Positions 12,466 through 26,100 are shown, counted from the whole stretch's first letter. The stretch is DNA of 63,375 bases, filler included, from Chiloscyllium plagiosum (GCF_004010195.1; 4 parts of one record of this genome joined end to end with filler, not necessarily neighbours in it), one strand, 5' to 3'. A program made the numbers and translations. Notes: generated by a model not told the origin, from the sequence alone.

Positions 12466-15400
12466 AGGATGGGAGGTGGTGTAGTCCAGGTAGCTGTGGG
12501 AGTCGGTTGGTTTGTAGTAGATGTCCGTGTTGATTCGGTCGCCTGAGGTAGAAATAGATAGGTCGAGGAAGGGGAGGGAGGAATGTGAGACTGTCCAGGT
12601 GAATTTGAGGTCGGGGTGGAAGGTGTTGGTGAAGTGGATGAACTGTTCAACCTCCTCGTGGGAGCACGAGGCGGCGCCGATACAGTCATCGATGTAGCGG
12701 AGGAAAAGGTGGCGGGGGTGGGGCCAGTGTAGTTGCGGAAGATGGACTGTTCCAGATATCCTACGAAGAGGCAGGCATAGCTGGGGCCCATGCGGGTGCC
12801 CATGGCTACTCCTTTGGTTTGGAGGAAGTGGGAGGATTGGAAAGGGAAGTTGCGTTTGGAGGAAGTGGTAGGGCAGACAATTTTCCACATACATCATCAA
12901 ACAGGCTTTCGGCCCCTTAATTGTATGAGCAGTGTGAGTGAAGCTTTGTTCCTGTAGTCACCCATGGTGGGTGGCACATTTTCATCTCGCATGGAACATG
13001 TGTGGTTCCCAATCATCACAAGGGGCCCACGTGCCTATTTTGCAACTGAGAATCAGATATAGTGCGATCAGATTACTAAGTTATACCTATGCAAACACTG
13101 AACAATTGACAGAAATCAGTATTGGATGTGGTTGAAGTGTGGATTCTTCACTTACCATCTCATACCGAATCTTAAAAGTATTTTTCACATAAACATTTGG
13201 GTTATTAAAATAAACAAAAGAACTATGAAACATTTTAATCATTCATATGAAATGATCGCATTTAGTATTTCTGAGAGCATTGTAATGTAAGAAATGTTAT
13301 GAAAAGAAAAATTAATCATTTATTTCGCTTCACTGAGATTACCAAAAACTGACATAGTGTGACATCCTTCCTTATATAGTCATGTAATACAATACCTCAA
13401 CTGCAATTAACATGAGTGAATATTTACTGGACAGATCATTTTCTTAAGAATGTAAATTTCTTCCACTACAATTGATAATTATTTCCTAAATAAAACATAT
13501 CATTACATTTAAGCCCCATGAAAAAATGGAATGTGACTGTACATTGTAGAGCAGGAAACCCTCCATAATTCTCAGCATTTTTTCAGAAGTTTAAGGTTCC
13601 ATGGGCTCTGTGGCTGGAATGTTTGTCGAGGATACTAGCCTGAATGACAAATCTGGAGATATACTTGTGATTGGGTCTAGGGCCTTATTAATATCAAGCT
13701 GGATTTATCTACATTATCTGAGATCCAGGGAAAGGAAAGGAGCACAGGGGGTTGAAGGTTCAACTAATGAGGGTTTTGAAATTGAGGAAGCATTAACAAT
13801 TAGGGAAGGGAATAATGGCTGTAAGTTTTAATCGTGGAGTCAAATAGTGCATTCCTGCTCTTCTCATTTCTGCATGCAGGTAAGAAATTTCAAAACATAC
13901 CTTTTCAGTAGTAGGCATTTCTATGATTTGGTGTTGGACCTCCATAAACTACATAAAGCAGCCTTGTAGCAGCATTGCAACGTAAGGTATTGGAAAGCTG
14001 CAGAGTGCAATAGTCAAATGCTGAAGTGTATTCTAAGTTAGTCTGAGGTGCGGCATGATGATGTGGTGAGGTTTCTGCTTTGTTGTTGCGAACGTTCATG
14101 GATGAAAGATGCAGGTGGTCACTGGCAATGGACTATGATTTAAATTGCTGGGGATTGATGGCTGACATGGAGGGGCTGAGCAAGGCATCAATGAGCTGCA
14201 GTTACCAGGTCACCAACATTGATTTTCAAGTTGGGAATTTGGGCTATCTATCTTCTCACTGGTACCTGGACAAAAGCTACAGACAAAACTAAATGAAATC
14301 AGCCATCAATGAGATGGCAATGCTTGAAAATAGAGCCCTGGCTGCTCACTGGCAAGATCCACCTCTATTCATTGAAACCTTAGCTTGAAAATCAGATTTC
14401 TATTTTTTTTAACTTCAATAATCTTATTTTTTCATTCTTGCATTTCCTCCAACTTTCTTGCCATTGCCAACAGCGTTAAGAGACTGAGATAATTCTGCCC
14501 ATAGGTGTCAATTGTTCTGTGTTTGATTATGTGAGATTGCTTGCTTTTGCTGCTAACTGATCATGATTGGTTAAGCCCTCGAGTGGACTCAGGCAAAAGT
14601 AATCAAACTGTAGATGTTGGGGGAAGAAAGAGGAGTAAGCATGGAGGAGATGTATTCAACCCATGTGAATAAAGTCCTGTAGCACACATAGAAACTGATA
14701 TGCCATTTCTTATTACTCCAATGTTTAAAATAATACAACATAAACTACAAAAAAGAAATTAACACATTTGTTTGTTTCTTTACTTCTGCTTTTTTTCTGT
14801 TTTATTTCTATTTACTGATTTATGTTATGTTCAAATTCTGCTCTTGTCAAGGCAAAGGGATTGAAAGCACAGAGAATATGCTATGGAATTTCACCTTGTC
14901 CATTCAGTAGAATATAGATAGTTTGTCTGCTTCTTGTTGTCAGATCATTATAATGATTCCTGTGTGCAGATAGTGTTTTGTGCATTGCTTGTTGACTGCA
15001 CACATTAGCAAGGAGATAGGTTTCATCTCCATTCAGAGCAGAAGTTAGTAGGTTAAAGTTGTCTTTTGGAATGAGTAAAACATGTGTATCAATTCTGACC
15101 CAACTCCACCATGTTCAGAATTAAAATTCCCCTCCTCACCAAAGCCACAACCCAAAGCTTCATCTTCACAATTCTATCACTTCACTACCGGTGTGAGAGA
15201 GCTGATTTTAGGAATATTGGCATGGGAGAGTGAGCACAAAGACATAATTACAATATGATCTGCTAATGGAATGTTATCTAAATGTAACACAATTTAAATG
15301 TGTGATTCTCTTTACTTGCAGATCGTTGGTGTGTTTATATGCAGCTAAATTAATAAAAGCAGTACAAGTTAATCTCCAGACACAACATGTGCCTAAAGAC

Positions 15401-15768
15401 CTACAGTGCAGAGAGCCTGTGGCCATTTGATCACATCTGGGTACAATACTTGGTTCATTTAACATGTTGAATTTGTAAAAGGACAGCACTCAAATGGTTG
15501 TAATGTAACAGGAAGCACTGAGTATGAAAGCACTTTGCACAGACTACATTAATTGTTCTATTACCACATGTCTGGTGTGACAATCTTAAAAATATTTTCT
15601 GTTAAATAAGCTTTTTTTTAATTTGCTTGGCTGGTTGAAGCAAAGATGACAATCCATGTAGTTTTACAATCATCCTGCTATGTGGTTTACTACAACGTAT
15701 TGACAAGGGATTTATCTGGGTAACTGCTGGATTCCTTCACAGTGTTTTATGTATGTAGCATACCTTGA

Positions 15769-16095
15769 GGGCAGCACGGTGGCTCAGTGATTAGCACTGC
15801 TGCCTCACAGTGACAGAGACCTGGTTTCCATTCCATCCTTGGCTGGTTGTCTGTGTGGAGTTTGCACGTTCACTCTTCATCTGCATGGGTTTCCTTTGGT
15901 GCTCCAGTTTCCTCCCACAGTTCAAAGATGTGCAGGTTAGGTAGATTGACCATTAACAATTGTTAAATTGCCAATTGTATCCAGGATGTAGAAGTGCAGG
16001 GATAGGATAGAGGTGTGGGTTTGGGCGGAATGTTCTTTGGGGGTTCAGTGTGGGCTCAATGGACCGAATGGCCTGCTTCCACAATATATGGATTC
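15769..16095 (+). mobile_element. HE1-related V-SINE variant
   Basis: GGGCAGCACGGTGGCTCAGTGATTAGCACTGC head and V-domain. Confidence 0.85.
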
Positions 16096-17607
16096 AATAT
16101 GGCAATGATAAGATTTCTTTTAGCATGGTTTTCCACCATCTGCTTGACAAGAGATCAACAAAACTGTTGCACAACTTTATTAAATTTTATAGATTTTGTT
16201 TGCATCATTTCTCTTCACTTTGTGAAGTAGGATTGCCCATACAATCAGCATCCATATTAATCTATTGATTCCTCAAATGGATTCTACACTAGACAGATGT
16301 TGGTTCCATATTTGAATTTCAGAGAGTCAAACTAACTTCTACTCTTTCCCATTGTAAAGAATTCTTCATACAGGCAAAACCATTTGCCCACACTAACATA
16401 TGAAGTGTTTCTTATTTTCAGTGATTTGGAAAGAACAAACATTTGATAACACATATATTCTTTCATCTTGGACAACAGACTACATTGACATCATTAAATG
16501 TTGATTATTCCATTGTCAGTGCTGCATTTAGGAAGTAAAAGTGTCTGACATGAAAATAACTCTGCTTAGATGTATGACGAAGTACTGAAACATATCTCAT
16601 GACCACAGCAGTGGTTTAAAAGCATCTCTTTAGATGCATTGATATTCTAGTTTTCTTTTGACAAAGATTTTCAATGACAAATTTGCTGCAAATCCACAAC
16701 TATTTGGAGTCTGAGGATTTTTTGGATTCCTTGATGAGGTTTATTAGCAGTAAAGGCATGGTATTATTAATATAGCCATCACAGAATCATCGAGTCATAG
16801 AATCATGCAATATGGACCCTTCAGTCCAACAAGTCCACACCAACCATGTCCCACTAATCCCACTTACCTGCATTGGGCTGATATCCTCCAGGCCCTGTAG
16901 GTAGGCTGAAACACCCCAATACAGTTCTGATGTAGTATTACAATATCATATATGTTTTGGATGAAATATTAAAGTGGGACTAGAACAGCATTTGGTGATA
17001 TCAACAGAAAATGTTGGTGAATCCTTAGGTTTAAGTGCTTGCCTGATTCTCCCTATCCCCTCTTTACCAACCCAATACCCAAGCGCTCAATTCCTTTCTG
17101 TGGGAATACATTTGGGTCAATGAAAACATCCAGAAATCTAAAAGTATTGAGGGACATGTTGTACACATTCATCTAAATGGAAGAAGATGGACTGCACCCA
17201 GTATCTTGAACCACTGTGCTCACAGCACGCGCAACAAATGGACTCAGGAGCTAGTCTGAATCAAGCATGATCTGTCTTTGCTCGTCCTTCTTACGTAAGA
17301 AGAAGCCACTTCATAAATGTGACTTCTATCACACAGTGCTATATTTCCAATTACTGATATTAAACAATTTTACAGGGTAGCAGCCTGAGGATTTTGCTTG
17401 AAGAACTTGCACAATGGAATCAATCATGGCTTTAAAATTCATTTTACTCTCAGAAACATTTAAGACATCTCATACCATAAGACCATAAGACATAATTAGG
17501 CCATTCAGCCCATCGGGTCTGCTCCACCATTCATTCATGGCTGATACTGGATCAGTGGTGCTGGAAGAGCACAGCAATTCAGGCAGCATCTGAAAAGCTT
17601 CGAAATC

Positions 17608-17635
17608 GACGTTTCGGGCCGAAGCCCTTCATCAG
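17608..17635 (-). ncRNA. Minimal type I hammerhead ribozyme core with UUCG-capped stem II
   Basis: Minus strand CTGATGA-A-GGGC(TTCG)GCCC-GAAAC-GTC. Confidence 0.82.
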
Positions 17636-17749
17636 GAATAAAGGCAGAGAGCCTGAAGCGTGGAGAGATAAGCTAGAGGAGGGTGGGGGTGGGGATAGAG
17701 TAGCATAGAGTACAATAGGTCAGTGGGGGAGGAGATGAAGGTGATAGGT

Positions 17750-17849
17750 NNNNNNNNNNNNNNNNNNNNNNNNNNNNNNNNNNNNNNNNNNNNTTAATTA
17801 ATTAANNNNNNNNNNNNNNNNNNNNNNNNNNNNNNNNNNNNNNNNNNNN
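17750..17849. other. 100-bp assembly gap with TTAATTAATTAA linker
   Basis: 44 N + 12 nt + 44 N. Confidence 0.97.
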
Positions 17850-18340
17850 AGGAGATGAAGGTGATAGGTCAGGGAGGAGAGGGTGGAGTGGATAGGTGGA
17901 AAAGGAGCTAAGAGCTTCAGGGCAGGGGAAATGACCTGGGAGTTGCAGTGGGAGAGGGACTCCCTGAGATTCTTGTAGAGAGAGGAGGAAAACTTCTTCA
18001 AGGCAGGCATCCTTGCAAGAGGATTCGCAGTAGGTTTAAAATCAACAAGGTAAAAACAATGACTGCATGTCAGCTGGGGTTGTGTTGAGGGTAGCATGCT
18101 ATAGAATGTGGTCAAGGTCACTCATGTTGAGGACTGAATCTTAGTTGAAGAGTTTATCAAAGTGCTGTTTGCAATGAGCACTCACTTCCTATGTCCTTTA
18201 GTAGCATCACTCTGTTCTCAGCTCTCATTGCGTTAGGACTGTAGTGTTTGGACTGTAGATGGTTGTGGTGTGCTAAAGAATCCTTGCAAGTCATGGCTGT
18301 CAGCAGCTGGGTGGCATGATGGCTGTGGCATGATGGTTGT

Positions 18341-18657
18341 GGCTGGGATGGTGGCTCAGTGGTTAGCACTGCTGCCTCACAGTGATGGGGACCCGGGTTT
18401 GATTCCTGCCTCGGGTAACTGTCTGTGGAGTTTTCACATTCTCCCCATGTTTGCATGGGTGTCCTCCAGGTGCTCCGGTTTTTCCCAAAATCCAAAGATG
18501 TGCAGGTTAGATGAATTGGCCATGCTACATTGCCCATAGTGTGAGGCGTATTAGTCAGGGTTAATATCGAGTAGGGGAATGGGTCTGGGTGGGCTACTCT
18601 TTGGAAGGTTGGTGTGAACTGGTAGGGCCTGTTTCAATACTGTAGCGACACTAATCT
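18341..18657 (+). mobile_element. HE1-type V-SINE
   Basis: GGTGGCTCAGTGGTTAGCACTGCTGCCTCACAG head, V-domain, CTAATCT tail. Confidence 0.88.
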
Positions 18658-18971
18658 CATTTCTTTAAGGTTTTTTTTTATTGAACCCCAGCCTTCCTTT
18701 GTATGTAAACCTGTTTTCTTTTCACGAGTGTTGGTGATGTTCTCAGTTTATGATTTTCAGGAATTGATTGCCTTACACTTGCAGCAGACCTCACTTTCTC
18801 CGTGAACTGGTAGGGCCTGTTTCAATACTGTAGCGACACTAATCTCATTTCTTTAAGGTTTTTTTTAATTGAACCCCAGCCTTCCTTTGTATGTAAACCT
18901 GTTTTCTTTTCACGAGTGTTGGTGATGTTCTCAGTTTATGATTTTCAGGAATTGATTGCCTTACACTTGCA
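18614..18971 (+). repeat. 170-bp direct duplication separated by an 18-nt PLE terminus
   Basis: 18614-18783 and 18802-18971 differ at one position; spacer 18784-18801 is identical to 90-107. Confidence 0.92.
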
Positions 18972-19034
18972 ACTTAGTAGCTCCTGTCCCTATTGAACCA
19001 GTCTTGACATTTTCTGGTAGATAAACATAGAATC

Positions 19035-19270
19035 TTGTTGCCAGGGTTGGAAGATTTGAGCTACAGGGCGAGGCTGAACAGGCTGGGGCTGTTTTCCCTG
19101 GAGTGTCGAAGGCCGAGGGGTGACCTTATAGAGATTTACAAAATTATGAGGGGCATGGATAGGGTAAACAGGCAAAGCTAGGTGGGATTAGATTGGGTTG
19201 GGATATCTGATTGGCATGGACGGGTTGGACCGAAGGATCTGTTTCTATGCTGTACATCTCTATGACTATG
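19035..19270 (+). mobile_element. CR1 (HER1-like) 3' fragment with internal deletion
   Basis: Matches pieces of 48779-49240 and ends CTCTATGACTATGA. Confidence 0.88.
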
Positions 19271-19289
19271 ATTATTTCCTCACAGATGT

Positions 19290-20330
19290 TGGTTACATTG
19301 GATTTCTGGGCAGACCAGGCACCGCAAATATTCTGTGCTTCATAGACACTGTGTGTTGCCAGGTTGACTGTGAGGTGCCAACTGAATAGGTCTTTTTTTG
19401 CAGAATGCTTGAGTCCACTGACATTGAATTTCCAACAATGCCTCTGTTGCCACTGTGGGTTTTGGTAAGGGGGATGATGGAGAGAGGAGAGCAGATTAAG
19501 CAGTGGTCAGTCCAGCTAGTGTCAGCTCCTGTCATGGCTCTGAGAATGCAAACATCCTCGTGGTCTCTCATTCGCTCAATTATATAGCTGAGCTATTGTC
19601 AATGTCTGGAGCAAGGGTGCTGCATGAGGTCTTGTAATAGCCTTTTTGACCAGATAAGATTTTTTTTTAATGACCAAACCATGTCCAAGACATTTTGTCA
19701 GGAGGCCGACTTCATTGGTATTTACATATCCAATGCTCTAATTGCCAATCACACCCTTCCAATGGTTTGCGTACCTCCCAACTCTGGCATTGAAATCACT
19801 GAGGACAATCTGCTTACCTCCCTTTGGGACACAAGCTTTCAACTGATCAAAGCTTGAGCAAGATTTCTCTTTGGCATCATTGTTTCTAGGTTAAGGACAT
19901 ATACACTTGTTTATGGTATTGTGGTAGTGGTACGCCGCTTCTGTGTTAGGGTGAAACAAAGGGTCATGAGATACTCACTTATCCTACAAGGGAGTCACTG
20001 AGAAGGTCACCTAGATTGACTTTTACAATGAAGCTAACCCCACGGAGCCAACATTGTTCCTTGGATTTATCTTTCCAGAAGAAGGTGTATCCACCTCCTT
20101 GTTCTTCAAGCGGAACTTTTCCTGTCCATTGTGTCTCACTCAGGGAAGTAATGTAAATGTCATAATTCCTGACCTATGATAATGGTGCGTGCTCCGTTCT
20201 GTCACTACTGCAGTTATCTACAAGTATCCTGATGTTCCAAAGGCAAAATCAATTTTGAAGGGTGGGGAGATGCCTGTAAATGAGTTTTTTTTAATGTGGG
20301 GTGTCTGTTACACACTGACAGTTGCACAAT
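19290..20330 (-). mobile_element. RTE-clade LINE endonuclease relic
   Basis: Minus strand GGYTFFWK, VLSDFNARVG...WKGVIG and DVCILRAMTGADTSWTDHCLI match RTE/BovB-type APE motifs. Confidence 0.75.
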
Positions 20331-20420
20331 CAAAGCAAAGCAATATCTTTGTCCAATGGCAGAGATAGCCAAAACGTTTAGGGACTAGGATTCACTGTGA
20401 TGACAAGGACTAATCCCATC

Positions 20421-20890
20421 TCAAAAAGTGTGGTGCAGAAAAAGTACAGCAGGTCAGGCAGCATCTGAGGAGCAGGAGATTCAACGTTTCAGGCATAAGC
20501 CCTTCACCAGTGGTCGGCCCGAACAACCCCAATGCTCTGCAGCCAACACTTCAACTCGCCCTCCCACTCCACCAAAGACACACAAGTCCTGGGCCTCCTC
20601 ATCCACCAAACCCAAGCCGCCCACTGTTTGGAGCACCTCACCTTCCGTCTTGAGACCCTTCAACTATACGGCATCAACATCGACTTCACTAGTTTTCTAA
20701 TCTCCCCTCCCTCCGTCTCATCCCAGATTTAACGCTTCAACTCGGCACTGCCCTCTTGAATTGTCCTACCTGTCTATATTCCATCCCACCTATCTGCTCC
20801 ACCCTTCCCTCTGACCTATCGCAATCACCCCCCACGTGCATCAACCTATCGCCTTCCCAGCCAACTTCCCCTACTCCCACCTCCACCCTC
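20421..20890 (+). mobile_element. PLE: inverted pLTR arm (20421-20510) joined to a 5'-truncated GIY-YIG C-terminus
   Basis: HFNSPSHSTKDTQVLGL...HLTFRLETLQLYGINIDF; decayed hammerhead on the minus strand at 20483-20510. Confidence 0.85.
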
Positions 20891-23297
20891 CTAAAGGAGG
20901 GAAGTATTTGAAGTCAAATTGGTTTTGTAGTCTGTTTGCAATACAACATAACTGTGCAATGGTTTGTCTAATTGACCTCACTTGTCATGAATATTTCTGA
21001 AATATGAGAAATTCAAATGGCAAGGAACAATTTTAAATTCGGTTAGAAGATGACTAAGGAAAAGCAGGAAAAGATTGTGCTTTCTAAATACATATTCGAC
21101 AAGGTGTGTGAATAAAATAACTTTAGTATCTTGAAAATGACAATCAATTGATGCTTTGGCCATTCAGTTCGTGCACTCCTACACAATCAGCAGAAGGGTC
21201 GCTTCAGTTTTCTATTGAGATATGTTCAGAATAACAATTGCGTGTCTCATTGCATTAGATCACATTTTCAAGAAACTATGATCAATATTTCAGATGCTAA
21301 CAGAGGATCTGTGGACAGAACTAAGTTAAGCCTCGAGTGAAACAGTAATCTATTACATGGGAACACAACAAATGACTTTTCTTAAAGATAACATTTGAAA
21401 ATTCAGTGCGATAATTTACCAGATCCTCTGCAAAATGCAAAAGAGGGAACACCCGATGCCAAATTTTGGTCTACAGCTACTGAATCAGTCTCATTTGTTC
21501 ATAATATCTTGGTCATCTCATTTTCAGAAATAAAATGCATGTTTTAACAAATAAAATATATTCCCAAGGCAAATTATTATTAATTTTACATTACATCATA
21601 GATTTTGATTCAAACATAGTAACAGCCCAAAACCATAACACCTTACAGCCAAAGAGGAGTCATTAAACCTAGCCAGAATATTGCTGAAACAATCTCCTCT
21701 CTCAGTTCACTATCATATTTTTCCTCCAATGTTTATCTACATGATAACATGAGAGCACATTCTTCATGGCGTTATAAATCTGAAGCCAAGTGGGTATGGG
21801 AATTGAACAATACGTGAGTATCATGAGTGAAAATAATTAGATGTTTAGAACAATTCCATTCAAGGACATTAACACAGGTTTTTTAAAACTAAATATGAAT
21901 TCAAAGATAATGGGAGTGAAATTTAGCTTGGGCAGTTGCAAACACAGGTATACTGAATCAGTAGCCAATTCGTCATTCTAGCCAAAATGGTCCAGATTGA
22001 TATCAAATGAGGTGGAGGCTTAAAATTGGAGTTGTATTTTTAGCTACCTGGAGTTTGATAGAACTGAGAGAGGGTCCTAGTCTTTGACAACAACCAGGAA
22101 GGAGGATAAGACATTTTACAAAATTGGCATGAAACTTGGTTTACTAGGATCCAACAGGTCTAGGAACAGGAACATGCTCAGGGCTGTCATAGCTAAAGCA
22201 AATATCTTGCAACTTAGCAGTGTTGAGATGGGGGTCCTAACATCTGACAGCACTGTAAAGAGTCCCAGAACTTGACAACAGTGAGGAAAGGCCCTGCAAT
22301 CCATCAGTAGAAGAGATCAGAAAAGTCCTGCTGGCTGTTGACACTGTAGTCTGGTTCTTGTAAACTGGGAAAAAGTGACACTGAAAATCTTGTAACAGCA
22401 ATGGAATTTCAAGATCTAACAATGTTGGCAATCCAGAAGCCATAGTTTGGTAGAACGTAGAGTTCTTCTGGTATGTCAGGATTGGGAAAAGTGAGCCAAG
22501 CAAAGGTTCTCCAACTCATTCAGAGTATGTTCTGTTTCAACGTAAACTGTAGTCCTAATGTAGTCCAGCTAAATATCCGAACTCTAGCTGAGCAGGAGTG
22601 GACTTCAGATCAAAGCTCACCAGGAAACCACTAAAATAGGAGGCAATGTTGTTGGACACAAGCCTTTGACACATTTCTAAAAAGGGTTGTCCGTAATTAT
22701 ACACACATGGAAATTGTCATTTATTTTACTTACAGTTTTGACTATTTGATTACTTTTTAAATTATACTTTTAACTTGAATGCACATGACCAGTGGAAAAA
22801 AAAGAAAATTGTATCTGAAAAATATCCTGAGTGATTTATTCTCTTTTAATGGTAAGTGAGGCCATTGTTTGTATTTCTTTTAATATCTGGCCAAATCTGT
22901 TCTCCTGGCTAATTGCTAACCAATATGTTGTCCTCTTGTTTAGCTGCTTTTTCCTGTTTTGTAACAATGAAGTAGTTACAATCCCAGCAAGTGGCATTTC
23001 AACATTTACATTAGTTAAAGTATTACATCCCATGAATGAATAAGAATAAAGTATCACACCCAAGTATGATGGCCCTGTGTGATGTCAAAGATTGCCTGAT
23101 ATAGCTTGGAAAACCACATAGCTAGTACATAGACAAAACAAAAGTCATTGGGCCTGCAATAGATAGAACACTTGTTGATCCCAAACATGGCCATGATGTC
23201 TCAGAAGGCAGGACTTCAAGATGACATTCTTGCCATAATACTGCTTATTAGTTCCAAAATGTAAATTGTGAAATCTTGACTCAAGTGTAGCGAATTT

Positions 23298-24325
23298 GAC
23301 AATACAGAATTGGCTGGCCCATAGAAGACAGAAGGTGCAAGTAGATAGAAAGTATTCAGACTGGAGGTTGGTGACCAGTGGTGTTCTACAGGGGTCTGTT
23401 CTGGGACTTCTGCTCTTTGGGAGTTTTATAAATTACTTGGACGAGGAAGTGGAAGGATGGGTTAGTATGTTTGCCGATGACACAAAGATTGGAGGAGTGG
23501 TGGACAATGTGAAGGGCTGTTGAAGGTTGCAACAGGACATTGACAAGATACAAAACTGGGCTGAAAAGTGGCAGATAAAGTTCAACCTGGAAAAGTGTGA
23601 AGTGATTCACTTTGGAAGGTCGAATTTGAATGCAGATTACAGAGTTAAAGGCAGGATTCTTGGCAGTGTGGAGGAACAGAGGGATCTTGGGATCCATGTC
23701 TATAGATCCCTCAAAGTTGCCACCCAGGTTGATAGGTTGTTAAGGCGTATGGTGTGTTGGCTTTCATTAGCAGGGGGTTGAGTTTAAGAGCTGTCATGTA
23801 ATGCTGCAGCTCTATAAAGCCCTGGTTAGACCACACTTGGAATATTGTGTTCAGTTCTTGTCGCCTCATTATCTCAAGGATGTGGAAGCTTTAGAGAGGG
23901 TGCAGAGGAGATTTACCAGGATGCTGTCTGGACTGGAGGGCAGGTCTTTATGAAGAAAGGTTGAAGGAGCTCATTAGAGTGAAGAAGGGTGAGAGACGAC
24001 TTGATAGAGGTGTACAAGATGATGAGATGCATAGGTAGAGTGAATAGTTAGAGATTTTTTCCCACAGCCAAAACGGCTATCATGAGGAAGCATAATTTTA
24101 ATGTGATCAGAGGAAGGTTTGGGGAGATGTCAGAGGTAGGTTCTTTACACAGAGAATGGTGGGTGTGTGGAATGCACTGCCAGCATGTTGGTGGAGTCAG
24201 ACACATTAGGGACATTTAAGAAACTCTTGGATAGGCACATGGATGTTAGTAAAATGAAGAGTATGTAAGTTAGTTTGACTTTCGAGTAGGATAAAAGTTT
24301 GACACAACATTCTATGTTCTCATGA
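23298..24325 (+). mobile_element. CR1 LINE 3' fragment (RT)
   Basis: VTSGVLQGSVLG, MFADDTKIGG, WQIKFNLEKCEVIHFG. Confidence 0.92.
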
Positions 24326-24740
24326 TAGCTAGGAGGTAGATCTGTTGCAAATTTCAACTCTTGCACTTCTGCCTGAGAAACTGATTTAATTCCTTTCTTG
24401 CACAAGTGCAGACTTAGCTGATGGGAGAGCATGCATGTTCTCCTCTCCTGAGTGATAGCACTATCGTGTGAGTATCTTCATCCCAAGCCACTCATACTGG
24501 ACACTGCTCTGTATGCCTATGGATCAGTGAAAATAACTCACCTTGTGGTACCGTTGAATTTACCAAAATCTACCTCTACATGATTCATATCTGCATCTAG
24601 TCACTAATCCTGTTGAAAAAAGTGTCTAAGTATAGAAAGACATAAAACAGAGGGAATTCACTTAGATTACACTTCAGCAGTGAAACAAGAAAATTTCACC
24701 ACCATGACCTTCGTACTTCAAGATGGGACCGTCATTCGAA

Positions 24741-25039
24741 TTAGATTAGATTACTTACAGTGTGGAAACAGGCCTTTGGGCCCAACAAGTCCACACCGAC
24801 CCTCCGAAGAGCAACTCACCCAAAACCATTCCCCTACATTTACCTCTTCATCTAACACTACGGGCAATTTAGCATGGCCAATTCACCTAACCTGCACATT
24901 TTTGGACTGTGGGAGGAAACCAGAACACTCAGAGGAAACCCATGCAGACACGAGGAGAATGTGCAAACTCCACACAGACAGTTGCCTGAACCCGGGCCTC
25001 TGGCGCTGTGAGGCAGCAATGCTGACCACTGTGCCGCCC
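24741..25039 (-). mobile_element. HE1-type V-SINE
   Basis: Close match to 6091-6399. Confidence 0.9.
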
Positions 25040-25112
25040 ACTTACAAACTATTTTATTGTTCGTAACATATATAAGTGCACTTTCATTGTTTTCCTCTAG
25101 TGTGTGAGTGAA

Positions 25113-25460
25113 ATCATAGATCATTGAATCCCTACAGTATGGGAGCAGGTCATTCAGCCCATTAAGTCCACACTGATCCTCTGAAGATCATCCCACTTAG
25201 ACCCAACCCCTACCCTATCCCTCTAACACTGCAGTTCCCATGTTAATCCACTTAGTCTGTATATCCCTGGACACTATGGACAATTTAACATGGCCAATCC
25301 ACCTAATGTGCACATCTTTGGACTGTGGGAGGAAACCAGAGCAGCTGGAGGTAACCCATGCAGACACAGGGAGAATGTGCAAACTCCACACAAACAGTTG
25401 CCCGAGGCTGGAATCAAACCCGGGTTCCTGGCGCCGTGAGACTGCAGTGCTAATCATTGA
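25113..25460 (-). mobile_element. HE1-related V-SINE variant
   Basis: V-domain and tRNA-like head on the minus strand. Confidence 0.85.
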
Positions 25461-25714
25461 GTGAACCACTGAGTGAGTGATGTAGTGTTAGATTTCTGTG
25501 ATGAATGTGAGAATCAATAATCCTCTTAATTTAAACTCAGAAAATACCATGCTCCTGGTTATTTAACTTGGCCATACACTTGTGGGATACAACACCCAAA
25601 TATCTTCTTTTTCAAAAACACACTGATCAGGTAGTCAAGGAGAGGAACAGAAATTTCAGTTCTCTCCCAACTCTGTCTGTAACAAGGTGGCTAAAAGAGA
25701 AAACAGCCAAATTA

Positions 25715-26100
25715 TATTACGGGATCCCACAAGCTAAGAATTCCGCAGGAGTAACTCACCTCCTGACTCCCAAAACTTGTCCACCATCTATAAAATAAAG
25801 TCAAATGTGAGATAGAATGCACTCTGCTTGCTCGAATGAGTACAGTTCCAACAATACTTACAAACGATACCTGGAAACCATTTAGGGCAAAGAAGCTCAA
25901 TTGATTAACTTGCCATCCATTACCTCCATCACTTCCTCCATTCAGGCACTCATCCATAGTGACAACAGAGTGTACCATCTACAAGATGCATTACAGTAAT
26001 TCACCAAGGTTCCTTTGTTAGCACATCTCAAACCTGAAACCTCTATCACTTGCAAATTCCCCTTCAGGTTTCACACTACCCTGGCTAGAAACTATTGGAT
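25715..26100 (+). mobile_element. Second CR1/L2-group LINE 3' fragment
   Basis: Similar to 56220-56610. Confidence 0.65.

Larger units (their letters stand above)
11517..12865 (-). mobile_element. Penelope-like retroelement, 5'-truncated: RT fragment, gap, 3' pLTR
   Basis: RT motifs QTKGVAMGTRMGPSYACLF, FLRYIDDC, LPFLDL and IYYKPTDSHSYL at 12466-12850 (one frameshift); pLTR at 11517-11656. Confidence 0.92.
17546..18068 (-). mobile_element. PLE pLTR region, a subfamily related to family A
   Basis: Same layout as 11517-11656: hammerhead followed by a purine-rich segment on the + strand; spans a linker gap. Confidence 0.8.

Noticed and set aside
11551..12900. 449-aa and 428-aa ORFs
   Set aside because: Length inflated by 809 N; the real content is a frameshifted PLE RT fragment
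17794..17805. TTAATTAATTAA palindrome, repeated at 34890 and 59462
   Set aside because: Always centred in exactly 100-bp N gaps; an artificial six-frame-stop linker
17729..17870. AGGAGATGAAGGTGATAGGT repeated on both sides of the gap
   Set aside because: Most likely unmerged overlapping contig ends
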